In this document: positions 32,716-41,509 of the stretch, piece by piece
How positions within the stretch are numbered: position 1 is the first letter of the stretch
Layout: each line of letters begins with the position of its first letter
NCBI GenBank assembly: GCA_036336835.1
Contig: JAYZFK010000082.1
Location: forward strand, 6,951 to 70,950
Length of the DNA: 64,000 bases
Source of the DNA: Myxococcota bacterium
GTDB lineage: Bacteria; Myxococcota_A; UBA9160; UBA4427
Reading direction: 5' to 3'
Notes under the pieces: generated by a model
Database searches by the model: none
The model's input: only the letters and a program-made list of their open reading frames with translations
Told to the model about the DNA's origin: nothing
Position numbers and translations under genes: made by a program

Positions 32716-33588
32716 CTACGAAGCGCTCGGCGTTTCCTGCGGCGGGCCCGCCAGCTCCAGCGGGCGCTTCACATCCTCGGCCGCCGCCGGCAGCTCCTTG
32801 CGCTCGCCAGTGAGGATTTCCTGCAGCAGCACGCGCAGGTGCGGACCATCGATGTCGCGCAGCATTTCACCTCCGAGCACGACCGAGATGCCCGCGGTCT
32901 CCTCGGACACGACGATCACGAGGGCGTCGCTCTGCTCGGTGACTCCGACGGCGGCACGGTGGCGCGTTCCCACACCCTCGGGCAAATCCTGACTCAGTGT
33001 GAGCGGCAGGATGCATCCGGCCGACAGGACGCGGCCGTCGCGCACCACGACTGCGCCGTCGTGCAGTGGCGACTGCGTCTGGAAGATCGAAATCAGCAGG
33101 TCGGTCGAGAGTTCGGCATTGATCGACGTTCCCTGCTCGATCTGATCCGACAGTGCGCTCTCGCGCTCGAGCACGATGAGCGCTCCGGTCGCGCGATGGG
33201 CCAGAACCTGGGCCGCGCGTACGACCTCCTCGACCATCGCCGACGCTTCCTGATCCGGACGCAGGAACAGGCCGAATCGCCCAACGCGCGCAAGGGCCCG
33301 CCGGATGTCGTGCTGGAACAGCACGACGATGATCAAGACGGCCGATCCCATGAATGTGTCGAGGATCCAGCGAGTCGTGGCGAACTGGAAGAACTGCGAG
33401 GCTAGCGAGAGCGCGATCAGCACGATGACGCCGAACAGGATCTGGACCGCGCGGGTGCCGCGGATCAGCAGCAATAGCCAGTAGATCGCGAAGGTGACCA
33501 GGCCGATGTCGATGGCGTCGCGCCACGAGAACTTGCCGCCGGCGAACTCGATGAAATCCTGCAGCAGCTGCCAGCCGTACTCGATCAT
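32716..33588 (-). CDS. cdaA: Diadenylate cyclase (c-di-AMP synthase), membrane-anchored
   Basis: Three N-terminal TM helices and a DAC domain with PLHDGAVVV (DGA) and GTRHRAAVG (RHR) motifs. Confidence 0.9.
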   Translation of the reverse strand: MIEYGWQLLQDFIEFAGGKFSWRDAIDIGLVTFAIYWLLLLIRGTRAVQILFGVIVLIALSLASQFFQFATTRWILDTFMGSAVLIIVVLFQHDIRRALARVGRFGLFLRPDQEASAMVEEVVRAAQVLAHRATGALIVLERESALSDQIEQGTSINAELSTDLLISIFQTQSPLHDGAVVVRDGRVLSAGCILPLTLSQDLPEGVGTRHRAAVGVTEQSDALVIVVSEETAGISVVLGGEMLRDIDGPHLRVLLQEILTGERKELPAAAEDVKRPLELAGPPQETPSAS

Positions 33589-34463
33589 GTCCGCCCCTTC
33601 TGCTGCGCCGCACCGAGCGCACGGCCAACCTCCACCGCACGCCGCGCTCCCGCAACGTCGTGGACACGCACCGCGTCGACTCCGAGGAAGGCCGCAACCG
33701 CGCAGGCGGCGTGGCTCGCCTGGTCGCGATCGCCGACAGGCTCGCCGGTCAAGGTGCCGAGAAACGATTTGCGCGACGCGCCGAGCATCACCGGAAGCCC
33801 CAGCTGCTCACGCAGGCGCGAGACACCGGCGATCAGCGCGAGGTTGTCCTCGAGGCGTTTGCCAAACCCGATGCCGGGATCGACGACGATGCGCGAGCGG
33901 GCGACGCCGGCGCGCTCGGCGATCGCGACGCTCACCGCGAGCTCGTTCAAAACCTCGCTGAGCACGTCGTCATACTGCGGCTCGCGCTGCATGTTCGCCG
34001 GAGTTCCCCGCATGTGACCGATCACCAGCGTGGCAGCGTGGCGCGCTGCCACGGCCGGAAGCTCTGGATCGTGGTGGCAGCCAGACACGTCATTGACGAT
34101 GCTGGCCCCCGCGTGCAGAGCGGCGTCAGCCACCTCGGACTTGCGGGTGTCGATCGAAATGCCGATCTCGCGGGCGGAGACGACGTCACGCAGGGCTTCG
34201 ACGACCGGAAGTGTGCGGGCCAGCTCGACTTGGGCCGAGACACCAGTCGATCCGGGACGCGTCGACTCCCCCCCCACGTCGAGGACGTGCGCGCCCGACA
34301 CGACGAACTCCTTGGCAACTGCGAGCGCGCCCTCCACATCGACGGCTGCACCCGCGCGAGCGGCCACGAAGCGTCCGCCGTCCGAGAACGAATCGGGAGT
34401 GGTGTTCAGGACGCCGACGATCGTCGTACGGTGCCCAGGGAAGTCGCAACGGCTGTCCGCCAC
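33585..34463 (-). CDS. folP: Dihydropteroate synthase
   Basis: GVLNTTPDSFSDGG, DVGGESTRPG, and GASRKSF. Confidence 0.92.
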   Translation of the reverse strand: MADSRCDFPGHRTTIVGVLNTTPDSFSDGGRFVAARAGAAVDVEGALAVAKEFVVSGAHVLDVGGESTRPGSTGVSAQVELARTLPVVEALRDVVSAREIGISIDTRKSEVADAALHAGASIVNDVSGCHHDPELPAVAARHAATLVIGHMRGTPANMQREPQYDDVLSEVLNELAVSVAIAERAGVARSRIVVDPGIGFGKRLEDNLALIAGVSRLREQLGLPVMLGASRKSFLGTLTGEPVGDRDQASHAACAVAAFLGVDAVRVHDVAGARRAVEVGRALGAAQQKGRT

Positions 34464-34474
34464 GGCGGGCCCCT

Positions 34475-36409
34475 TCAGCCCGGCATCGGCTCGGGGTCGG
34501 GAAGCTTGCCGTCCGCGACCTCGTCGTCCGTCTCTTCGGGAGAAACGGGCGGCGTCTCGGACGGGTCTTCGTCGCCCCCGGACTCGACCGGGCTCGGCAA
34601 CGGGGGGAGCGATGCACCCTTCATAATCAACGCGAGATCGCTGGTCTCGAGCGTTTCACGTTCGAGCAGGGCCTGGGCGATGGTCTCGAGCTTGTCGCGG
34701 TGTTGTTCGAGCTGACTCTTGGCCTCGGCGTAGTTCCCGTGAAGGATCACCGTGATCTCCTGGTCGATCTCGCGCGCCATAAAGCTGCTGTAGTCCTTGC
34801 GCGCCACGATGTCGCGACCCAGGAAGACATCACCGCCCTCCGGATTCGAGTAGGCAACAGGCCCGAGCTTGTCGCTCATGCCGTACTCGCAGATCATGCG
34901 GCGCGCCCAGTCGGTCGCCTGCTGCAGATCGTTGGATGCGCCTGTCGACAGATGGCCGAAGACCAGCTCCTCGGCCGCACGCCCCCCCATGGCGTGCTTG
35001 ATGATCGCCAGGATCTGCAAGCGCGTGTAGTTGAGGCGATCCTCGACTGGGAGCGTCTGCGTCAGACCGAGCGCCATGCCGCGCGGGATGATGGTCACCT
35101 TGTGAACGGGATCGGAATCCTCGGTCAGGAGCGCAACGAGCGCGTGCCCCGCCTCGTGGTAGGCGGTGATGCGCTTGTCCTCCTCACTCATGATCATGCT
35201 GCGCCGCTCGGCTCCGAGCAGCACTTTATCCTTGGCATGCTCGAAGTCGCTCCGCGCGACCCGTGCGACATCGCGGCGCGCTGCCAGCAGCGCCGCCTCG
35301 TTGACCAGGTTCTGCAGGTCTGCGCCGGCGAAGCCCGGAGTCCCGCGCGCGATCACCCCGAGATCGACGTCGCTCTCGAGCGGCACGCGGCGGACGTGGA
35401 TGCGCAGGATCTGCAGCCGCCCGCGCACGTCGGGGCGCGGCACGACGACGCGGCGATCGAAGCGGCCCGGACGCAGCAGCGCAGGGTCGAGCACGTCGGG
35501 GCGGTTGGTGGCCGCGATCAGGATCACGCCCTCGTTGCTCTCGAAGCCGTCCATCTCGACTAGCAGCTGATTGAGCGTCTGCTCGCGCTCGTCGTGACCG
35601 CCGCCAAGGCCAGCGCCGCGGTGCCGACCGACCGCGTCGATCTCGTCGATGAAGATGATGCAGGGGGCTTGCTTCTTGCCCTGCTGGAACAGATCGCGGA
35701 CGCGCGAGGCGCCGACGCCTACGAACATCTCGACGAAGTCCGAGCCGGAGATCGAGAAGAAGGGCACGGCTGCCTCACCGGCCACGGCACGCGCCAGCAG
35801 CGTCTTGCCGGTACCCGGCGGTCCCACGAGCAGGACACCCTTCGGAATTCGGCCACCGAGGCGCGTGAACTTCTTCGGCTCGCGCAGAAACTCGATGATC
35901 TCTTCGAGCTCGGCCTTGGACTCCTCGATGCCCGCGACGTCCTCGAAGGTCACCCGCTGCTGGTTCTCGGTCAGCAGGCGCGCGCGCGACTTGCCGAAGC
36001 TCATGGCCTTGCCGCCGCCGGACTGCATCTGGCGGATGAAGAAGATCCACAGGCCAATGAACAGCACGAGGGGGAACCACATCAGCATGATCTGGCGCCA
36101 GAAGCTGCTCTCTGCCTTGGGCTCGAACTTGAAGGTAATGCCGCGCTCGTTGAGCGATGTCGCGAGCTCGGAGGCGGCCTCCGGCGGTGCGTAGGTGGCG
36201 AACTCGCCGCTATCACCGAGCTTGCCGGTGATATGACCGTCCTCGATCGTGACGTCCGAGATATCGCCGTCTGCCAGCTCGGTCAGGAACTCGCTATAGG
36301 CGATTTCAGGAGGTGCCGTCTCCTCTTGCCGGAGCAGGGTCACGAGCAGGAGGATCACCACCAGGATCACGACCCAGAGCGCCATGTTCTTGTAGAACTG
36401 CTGGTTCAA
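34475..36409 (-). CDS. ftsH: ATP-dependent zinc metalloprotease FtsH
   Basis: Two TM helices, AAA Walker [12 protein letters not shown] and the zinc site HEAGHA. Confidence 0.97.
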   Translation of the reverse strand: MNQQFYKNMALWVVILVVILLLVTLLRQEETAPPEIAYSEFLTELADGDISDVTIEDGHITGKLGDSGEFATYAPPEAASELATSLNERGITFKFEPKAESSFWRQIMLMWFPLVLFIGLWIFFIRQMQSGGGKAMSFGKSRARLLTENQQRVTFEDVAGIEESKAELEEIIEFLREPKKFTRLGGRIPKGVLLVGPPGTGKTLLARAVAGEAAVPFFSISGSDFVEMFVGVGASRVRDLFQQGKKQAPCIIFIDEIDAVGRHRGAGLGGGHDEREQTLNQLLVEMDGFESNEGVILIAATNRPDVLDPALLRPGRFDRRVVVPRPDVRGRLQILRIHVRRVPLESDVDLGVIARGTPGFAGADLQNLVNEAALLAARRDVARVARSDFEHAKDKVLLGAERRSMIMSEEDKRITAYHEAGHALVALLTEDSDPVHKVTIIPRGMALGLTQTLPVEDRLNYTRLQILAIIKHAMGGRAAEELVFGHLSTGASNDLQQATDWARRMICEYGMSDKLGPVAYSNPEGGDVFLGRDIVARKDYSSFMAREIDQEITVILHGNYAEAKSQLEQHRDKLETIAQALLERETLETSDLALIMKGASLPPLPSPVESGGDEDPSETPPVSPEETDDEVADGKLPDPEPMPG

Positions 36410-36566
36410 GGTTTCTCCCGACGCGCCACGCTTCTACCGCCCGGATCACAGGGCGCTGTCCCCAAGGGTGCTCCACAGCGCCGCTGCAACACGAGAGACC
36501 CCAGCAGCCGAACGGGAGTTCGCAGCAAGGCCAGTGTGCGTTCCATACTCGACTGCTCCCGCGAGG

Positions 36567-37610
36567 TTAGCACTCGCTCGGACTCGCCACCGGGACAGGA
36601 CGGGTAGGCCACTCGAGAACGAACGTCTCCCGCTCCGCGTACAGACGCAGCCCGCCCGGGAGCTCGATCACCTTGCCGGGCGTAGCCAGCTTCCCTCGTC
36701 TCAGAAAAGCCAGGACTCGCTCGATGTGACGCTGAGTCAGCTCCCGTCCGCCGCCGGCCCGCTCGATCAGCCGCTTCACCACCCGCTGTGCGAGCGGCTC
36801 GGGCAGCTCGATCCAGTGGTCTCGCTCAATCACGCTGCGTCCTTCCTGGCTCTGGACCCGCTGGGCGAACTCGCGAGCCACCAGTGCATCGATCCACTCC
36901 GCGTCCCTACGATGTGCTTCGGCAAGCCTGCCGAGAGTCCTGAGCAGCTGGGGATTGAAGCTGCGTGCGAGCTGCGGGAGCCAGTGGTGGCGCAGCCGGT
37001 TGCGCGCGTAGGCGTCGCTGGCGTTGGAGGCATCCTCGCGGAATCGCAGACCGCGCTCCGCGGCGTAGGCCTCGAGATCCACGCGAGCGACGGCGAGTAG
37101 CGGGCGCATGATGCGGCCGTCGGGCGAGGCCACCGGGATGCCGGCGAGTCCGTCGGGCGCGCAGCCGCGCAGCAGGCGCAGCAATACGGTCTCAGCCTGG
37201 TCGTCGGCAGTGTGGGCGGTCGCGATGACGTCGGCTTCTAGCTTCTGGAGCATTCGGCGGAGCGCCGCGTAGCGCAGACGCCGGGCCGCCTCCTGAAGCG
37301 TTGGACGCGAGCGGCTGGAGCCGCCTTCGCGCAGCGCCTGCGGGTCGACGCGCTCCAGTGCGAACGGGAGATCCAGACCCGTCGCCAGCTCGCCGACGAA
37401 GCGCGCGTCGGCCTCCGACGCCTCGCCGCGCAGGCCGTGATCGACGTGACCCACCGACAGCTCGAGCTCGAACCGGTCCTGGAGTCCCAGCAGGCTGTGC
37501 AACAGCGAGACGGAGTCGAGCCCGCCCGAGACGGCCACCAACAGATGGCGACCCCGGAGATCGAGGGCATCGAGCGCCCGCCCGACTTCACGCTGGATCA
37601 TCGAGCGCAA
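36567..37610 (-). CDS. tilS: tRNA(Ile)-lysidine synthase
   Basis: PP-loop VAVSGGLDSVSLL, in the classical position upstream of ftsH. Confidence 0.9.
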   Translation of the reverse strand: MRSMIQREVGRALDALDLRGRHLLVAVSGGLDSVSLLHSLLGLQDRFELELSVGHVDHGLRGEASEADARFVGELATGLDLPFALERVDPQALREGGSSRSRPTLQEAARRLRYAALRRMLQKLEADVIATAHTADDQAETVLLRLLRGCAPDGLAGIPVASPDGRIMRPLLAVARVDLEAYAAERGLRFREDASNASDAYARNRLRHHWLPQLARSFNPQLLRTLGRLAEAHRRDAEWIDALVAREFAQRVQSQEGRSVIERDHWIELPEPLAQRVVKRLIERAGGGRELTQRHIERVLAFLRRGKLATPGKVIELPGGLRLYAERETFVLEWPTRPVPVASPSEC

Positions 37611-37815
37611 GCGTAGACCAGGAAATGGGTTGTGTAGAGCGGCATGGAGTGAATCGACAACGAGTCTTTCGGCCCACTGCGTGAGGTTCCAGACCCCATG
37701 TGAAAAACCCTAGCCGTCGCGAGCGCCCCGGGAATCGATCTGCGCGAGGCACCATCAGCTCCTCGAAGTACTCCAGGCGAGGTGAAATACAACCGAATCG
37801 AATGAGCGGCACGCG

Positions 37816-37834
37816 ACTTGCTTATAACTTGCTT
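37816..37834 (+). promoter_or_regulatory. Direct repeat ACTTGCTT-ATA-ACTTGCTT (11-bp period), upstream of the 37865 operon
   Basis: Exact 8-bp repeats at 37816-37823 and 37827-37834, spanning a -10-like TATAAC (37823-37828). The inverted repeat CTAGT-N8-ACTAG follows at 37835-37852. Confidence 0.35.
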
Positions 37835-37864
37835 CTAGTTGGCGGCGACTAGCAGGAGCATCCC

Positions 37865-38374
37865 GTGCACTTCCGACGATTGCGATCGAGTTACATGCTA
37901 GGGATCGGCGCCGCGGCTGTCGGACTTCTCACAGCCACGGTCCAGGCAACCCCGACCGACCCCTCTCTGGCGCTGCGCGCCGCGAGCGCGACGAGCGGCC
38001 GGGTCGTGATGCTTCGCATCGAGGGGAGCTTCCATGCGAGTGATCTCACGCAGGTGGCGTTCCCGCTCCAGGTTCTGGTCAGGGATCTCGACTCCGGTGC
38101 CGACTACCTGCGATACGACATCGCGCGCGGCGGCTTCAGCGGAACGGACTGGATGCTCGCCGACGGGCTGCAGGCGCGCGACGTGACCGGACTGCTGGCG
38201 GGCGGGACACCCGAGCCGACGGCGCAGCTGCTCGAGCTCAGCGAGGACCGCATCGACCTCACGCTCCCGAGCGAGTTCGCCGGGAGGCGGGTCGAGGTTC
38301 AGCTCTTCGTAGTGCACGGGGGCACAGCCGTGCTCTCGAACCCCCTTTCGCTCAGGATTGGAGAGGCGTCGTGA
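37865..38374 (+). CDS. Exported hypothetical protein (about 140-aa beta-rich mature domain)
   Basis: GTG start after AGGAG. Signal peptide is MHFRRLRSSYMLGIGAAAVGLLTATVQA. The C-terminal segment RRVEVQLFVVHGGTAVLSNPLSLRI looks Ig/TIG-like. I recognise no family. Confidence 0.7.
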   Translation: MHFRRLRSSYMLGIGAAAVGLLTATVQATPTDPSLALRAASATSGRVVMLRIEGSFHASDLTQVAFPLQVLVRDLDSGADYLRYDIARGGFSGTDWMLADGLQARDVTGLLAGGTPEPTAQLLELSEDRIDLTLPSEFAGRRVEVQLFVVHGGTAVLSNPLSLRIGEAS

Positions 38375-39891
38375 TGCGGCGCGCTGGTCTCATCCTCGCG
38401 CTGCTTGGATCGACGCTCCTCGGGAGTGTCTGCGAGAGTGGACCGGACTCCGTGCTGGCAGGAGACCCGGCTGACCCCGTGACCGGACTGGTCTACGAGA
38501 TCGTTCCCGGTGCGCCGCGCATCGCTGCCGGACCAGACGGCTCGTTCGGAACTGACGACGATCAGGTCGGTCCCGAGATCGGGGACATCGACCTGGTGAT
38601 TCGCTCGCTTGCAAGCTTCGTAGGCGCAATCCCGCCGACTGCACCACGACGCGCGGGCGGCGCGATCCCGACCGTCGTGGCGGGGCGTCTGGGTGTCGGC
38701 ACGGGCATCCCGTTCAGTCTCGCGCTGACCGACGGCGTCCTGCCGTTGGGCCCGCCGGTTGTACTCGACGACCTCTCGGACCTCCCGATGCTGGTGCTCG
38801 CGTATGCGGATTTCGACGGCGATGGCTACATCGGAATCACGCAGCTCGATGGCGATGCGCTCGACAGCGATGTCGAGGAGGCCGAGCTCGTTCCCATCGC
38901 GCGTCGCTATGCGTTCCTCCCACAGACTACGACCTCGGGTGAACTCTTCGCTCAGGCAGGTGGGCCACCGGGCGCCGAGCTCGACGTGGTGCTCTCGGTC
39001 GTCACCTGGGCGGGCCGACGGCGGCCCGGTTTCTTCTCGGGCGCCGTGCCGGACGGCCCAGCGCTCATGACGCGCCTCCCGTTCCATCCACTGACGAGCG
39101 TCCTCGACACCCTGGGCGACGATCCCGGTCCGGCGAGCGCTGGCTCACTGGTCGGCGCCGAGGTCCGGCCCGCCTTCGAGCCGGACCCCGGCGACCCGGC
39201 GATCGGCGAGGCGTTCACCATGCTGCTGGACGGCTCCCAGCCCTCTACCGATCGGGCAAGAATCCGGTCGAGCGAGTTCGTCCGCTTCGGACTTGCCGTC
39301 ACGCCCAAGGCCGACTTCTTCGACGACATGCCGTCGCGCCCGTTGCGGCCCGGGTTCGACGACGCAGGAGCACGCGTGCTCTACGAGATCCTGCACCAGC
39401 TCAGCCTGCCAGACGATGGATCCTCGAGCGAGGCCACCGTGCGCGTGGTTCCGCTCGACGCATTTGGCAATATCGCGTCGCTCCCGATCGGCGAAACAGT
39501 CGAGCTGGAGGCATCGGGCTCACTCGAGATCCGCTGGCCGGACCGCGACGGGGATGTGCAACGCGAATCGCTCTCGATCCGCGACGGGCGGGGAGCGGAT
39601 ATCGTGATCGACGACTCCGGCGGCGCCCTGGACGACGCCGACTGGGGCCGCTTGACCGTCACGTCGCCCAGCGGGATCTACTTCCTCGACGTCAGCATTC
39701 CCGACCCGGATGTGGATGATTCCGGCCTCGTCGACTTCGGCGATCTCATGCTGATCGGGGCTCTGGACGGCGCGCGCGTCGGCGAGGCCGAGTATGACAG
39801 TCGGTTCGACCTGGACGGCAACGGGCGGCTCCAGGACGACGACCTGGACGAGGCCGCAAGTCATCTGGGCGCGGCGGTCACGATTCCCTGA
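38371..39891 (+). CDS. Exported hypothetical protein with an Ig-like module and a C-terminal dockerin-like Ca-binding repeat pair
   Basis: GTGA overlap with the upstream gene. Signal peptide is MMRRAGLILALLGSTLLGSVC. Has a DFDGDGYIG loop, a Big-like segment VRVVPLDAFGNIASLPIGETVELE, and a C-terminus DVDDSGLVDFGDL...DLDGNGRLQDDDLDEA. Confidence 0.75.
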   Translation: MMRRAGLILALLGSTLLGSVCESGPDSVLAGDPADPVTGLVYEIVPGAPRIAAGPDGSFGTDDDQVGPEIGDIDLVIRSLASFVGAIPPTAPRRAGGAIPTVVAGRLGVGTGIPFSLALTDGVLPLGPPVVLDDLSDLPMLVLAYADFDGDGYIGITQLDGDALDSDVEEAELVPIARRYAFLPQTTTSGELFAQAGGPPGAELDVVLSVVTWAGRRRPGFFSGAVPDGPALMTRLPFHPLTSVLDTLGDDPGPASAGSLVGAEVRPAFEPDPGDPAIGEAFTMLLDGSQPSTDRARIRSSEFVRFGLAVTPKADFFDDMPSRPLRPGFDDAGARVLYEILHQLSLPDDGSSSEATVRVVPLDAFGNIASLPIGETVELEASGSLEIRWPDRDGDVQRESLSIRDGRGADIVIDDSGGALDDADWGRLTVTSPSGIYFLDVSIPDPDVDDSGLVDFGDLMLIGALDGARVGEAEYDSRFDLDGNGRLQDDDLDEAASHLGAAVTIP

Positions 39892-39935
39892 GACGGCGCG
39901 ACAGCGACCGTGCTCTGGCGTCGCCAGGAGCAGCG

Positions 39936-40580
39936 ATGGACACTTCTCAGCCAGACTCAGTCCAGCAGATGGACGCATTCGACCAGGAGTCGGACGCGAT
40001 CCGCACGCTGCTCCTCGTGATCGTCGCGGTCCTCGCGCGACGCAGCAGCATCTCGCCAACCGAGCTGGACGCGGTCTTCTCGGTCGCCGGCGATCTGGTC
40101 CGTGCGCGCTGGGGACCGCACTCCGTGGCAGAGCGGGAAGTCAACGGCTGTCGCGAGGACTTGACCGGGTCTGCGCCCCACGCACAGAAGGCCCCAGCAC
40201 CGGAGGATGGCTCCCACTGGGAGCGCGAGCGGCCGATCGAGGTTCTTCATCAAGTGGCGGACGCGATTCGCACGCTGCTCATCGTGGCCATCGCCGCGCT
40301 CAGGGGCGCGGGCCGGATCTCGCAACGCGAGTTGGACGCGGTCTTCTCTGCGGGGGGGGATCTGGTCCGTCAGCGCTGGGGGCCGCACTCGGCGGCGGGC
40401 ATCGTGATCAACGGCTGCCAGGACGACCTGACCGAGGCGCTCTCGGCGTTGGGCATGCACGGCGCGGGCAGGACTCGGACCGGGCTCTCCCCGGCGAGCA
40501 CCGAGCAACGCTGCGAGGCGGGGAACGCGCCGCCTGCCAGTCGATCCGCCCCCCTCGTTGCGCCGGCTCCCGGGAGCTGA
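39936..40580 (+). CDS. Hypothetical protein composed of two about 60-aa repeats
   Basis: ATG after AGGAG. High third-position GC on the plus frame, while the antisense ORF is Arg-rich junk. No signal peptide. I recognise no family. Confidence 0.65.
   Translation: MDTSQPDSVQQMDAFDQESDAIRTLLLVIVAVLARRSSISPTELDAVFSVAGDLVRARWGPHSVAEREVNGCREDLTGSAPHAQKAPAPEDGSHWERERPIEVLHQVADAIRTLLIVAIAALRGAGRISQRELDAVFSAGGDLVRQRWGPHSAAGIVINGCQDDLTEALSALGMHGAGRTRTGLSPASTEQRCEAGNAPPASRSAPLVAPAPGS
39993..40439 (+). repeat. In-frame internal tandem duplication (two copies, 267-nt period)
   Basis: Copy 1 is 39993-40172 and copy 2 is 40260-40439. DAIRTLLLVIVAVLARRSSISPTELDAVFSVAGDLVRARWGPHS...NGCREDLT aligns with DAIRTLLIVAIAALRGAGRISQRELDAVFSAGGDLVRQRWGPHS...NGCQDDLT. 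Confidence 0.85.
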
Positions 40581-40626
40581 CCTTCCCGCCGGGCGGCACG
40601 AGCCGAACCGGCGCTGCGAAGCCCGC

Positions 40627-41496
40627 TCAAACGACCGCTGACGCCGTCCCGAGCAGCGCGCGGGTGGCGTCTGGCTTGTCGACCCACACGTCGCAGTGCA
40701 CGCGCTCGCGGGTTCCCTCCGGCTCGCGCTCGCGCACCTTGCCGTGCACGCGGATGCTCTCGTCGCACCAGATCACGTTGGTGAGCTTGACCGACATCTT
40801 GCCGCCCTCGAGCCACCCCTGGCCGAATCGGTCGAGCATGATCTGCGATACGAAGCAGGTGGACATCATTCCCTGGACGACGATGCGCGGGAAGCCGAGC
40901 TTCTTCGCCTGGTCGGCGTCGGTGTGGTAGTTCGCGCCAGGCCCCGAGAACATCCAGCAGCGCCGTTGGTCGATCGTGTGCTCGACGCTCGAGAGATCCT
41001 CGCCCGTGGCCGTGGGGAAGACCGGGCGGGACTTCGAGTCCTTTGTCTTCGCAGTGCCCTCGTCGACGACGAAGCCGTCGCCCTCCCCGTCCTCGGGCTT
41101 CGGCGGCAGGAACGATTGATGGGTCCGGCCCCGAACGAGCAGCCGGCCCTGCTGCGCATCGAGGACGTCGGTCTCGTTGACGACGTAGTTCCGGCCGCGC
41201 TTGTGGTAGCGCGAGACGATCGTCGAGCGCGTGCGAATGCAGCTGCCTATCTCGATCGGGGCAAACAGCTCCCAGTCCTGCTGCGCGTGCAGGTTCCCGA
41301 ACAAGTTCGCGAGATACCACTCGCCTACGAAGCGGAAGCACTCGGAGTGATGGAGCAGCGGCGGCGCCACGTGCTGGTAGAGCGGGTGATGATCGTCGAG
41401 GGCATCCTGGTAGAAGTCGACGACCTCCGGGGTGATCTCGTACTCGTTGATGCCGCAGTGGCGGCCGACGTGGGCGGGCTGTCCGGTCAGGTTCAC
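40627..41496 (-). CDS. Double-hotdog MaoC-like (R)-hydratase/dehydratase family protein
   Basis: 289 aa. The N-terminal hotdog half has YQDALDDHHPLY. The C-terminal MaoC-like half has GANYHTDADQAKKLGFPRIVVQGMM. Confidence 0.8.
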   Translation of the reverse strand: MNLTGQPAHVGRHCGINEYEITPEVVDFYQDALDDHHPLYQHVAPPLLHHSECFRFVGEWYLANLFGNLHAQQDWELFAPIEIGSCIRTRSTIVSRYHKRGRNYVVNETDVLDAQQGRLLVRGRTHQSFLPPKPEDGEGDGFVVDEGTAKTKDSKSRPVFPTATGEDLSSVEHTIDQRRCWMFSGPGANYHTDADQAKKLGFPRIVVQGMMSTCFVSQIMLDRFGQGWLEGGKMSVKLTNVIWCDESIRVHGKVREREPEGTRERVHCDVWVDKPDATRALLGTASAVV

Positions 41497-41509
41497 GGTG
41501 CGTCCTCCG

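Noticed and set aside
39993-40439. The two 180-nt repeats as a diversity-generating retroelement TR/VR pair, or as a retron or other non-coding repeat.
   Set aside because: The differences between copies are not restricted to adenine positions. Both copies are in frame within one ORF with coding-type GC3 bias. No reverse transcriptase is nearby.
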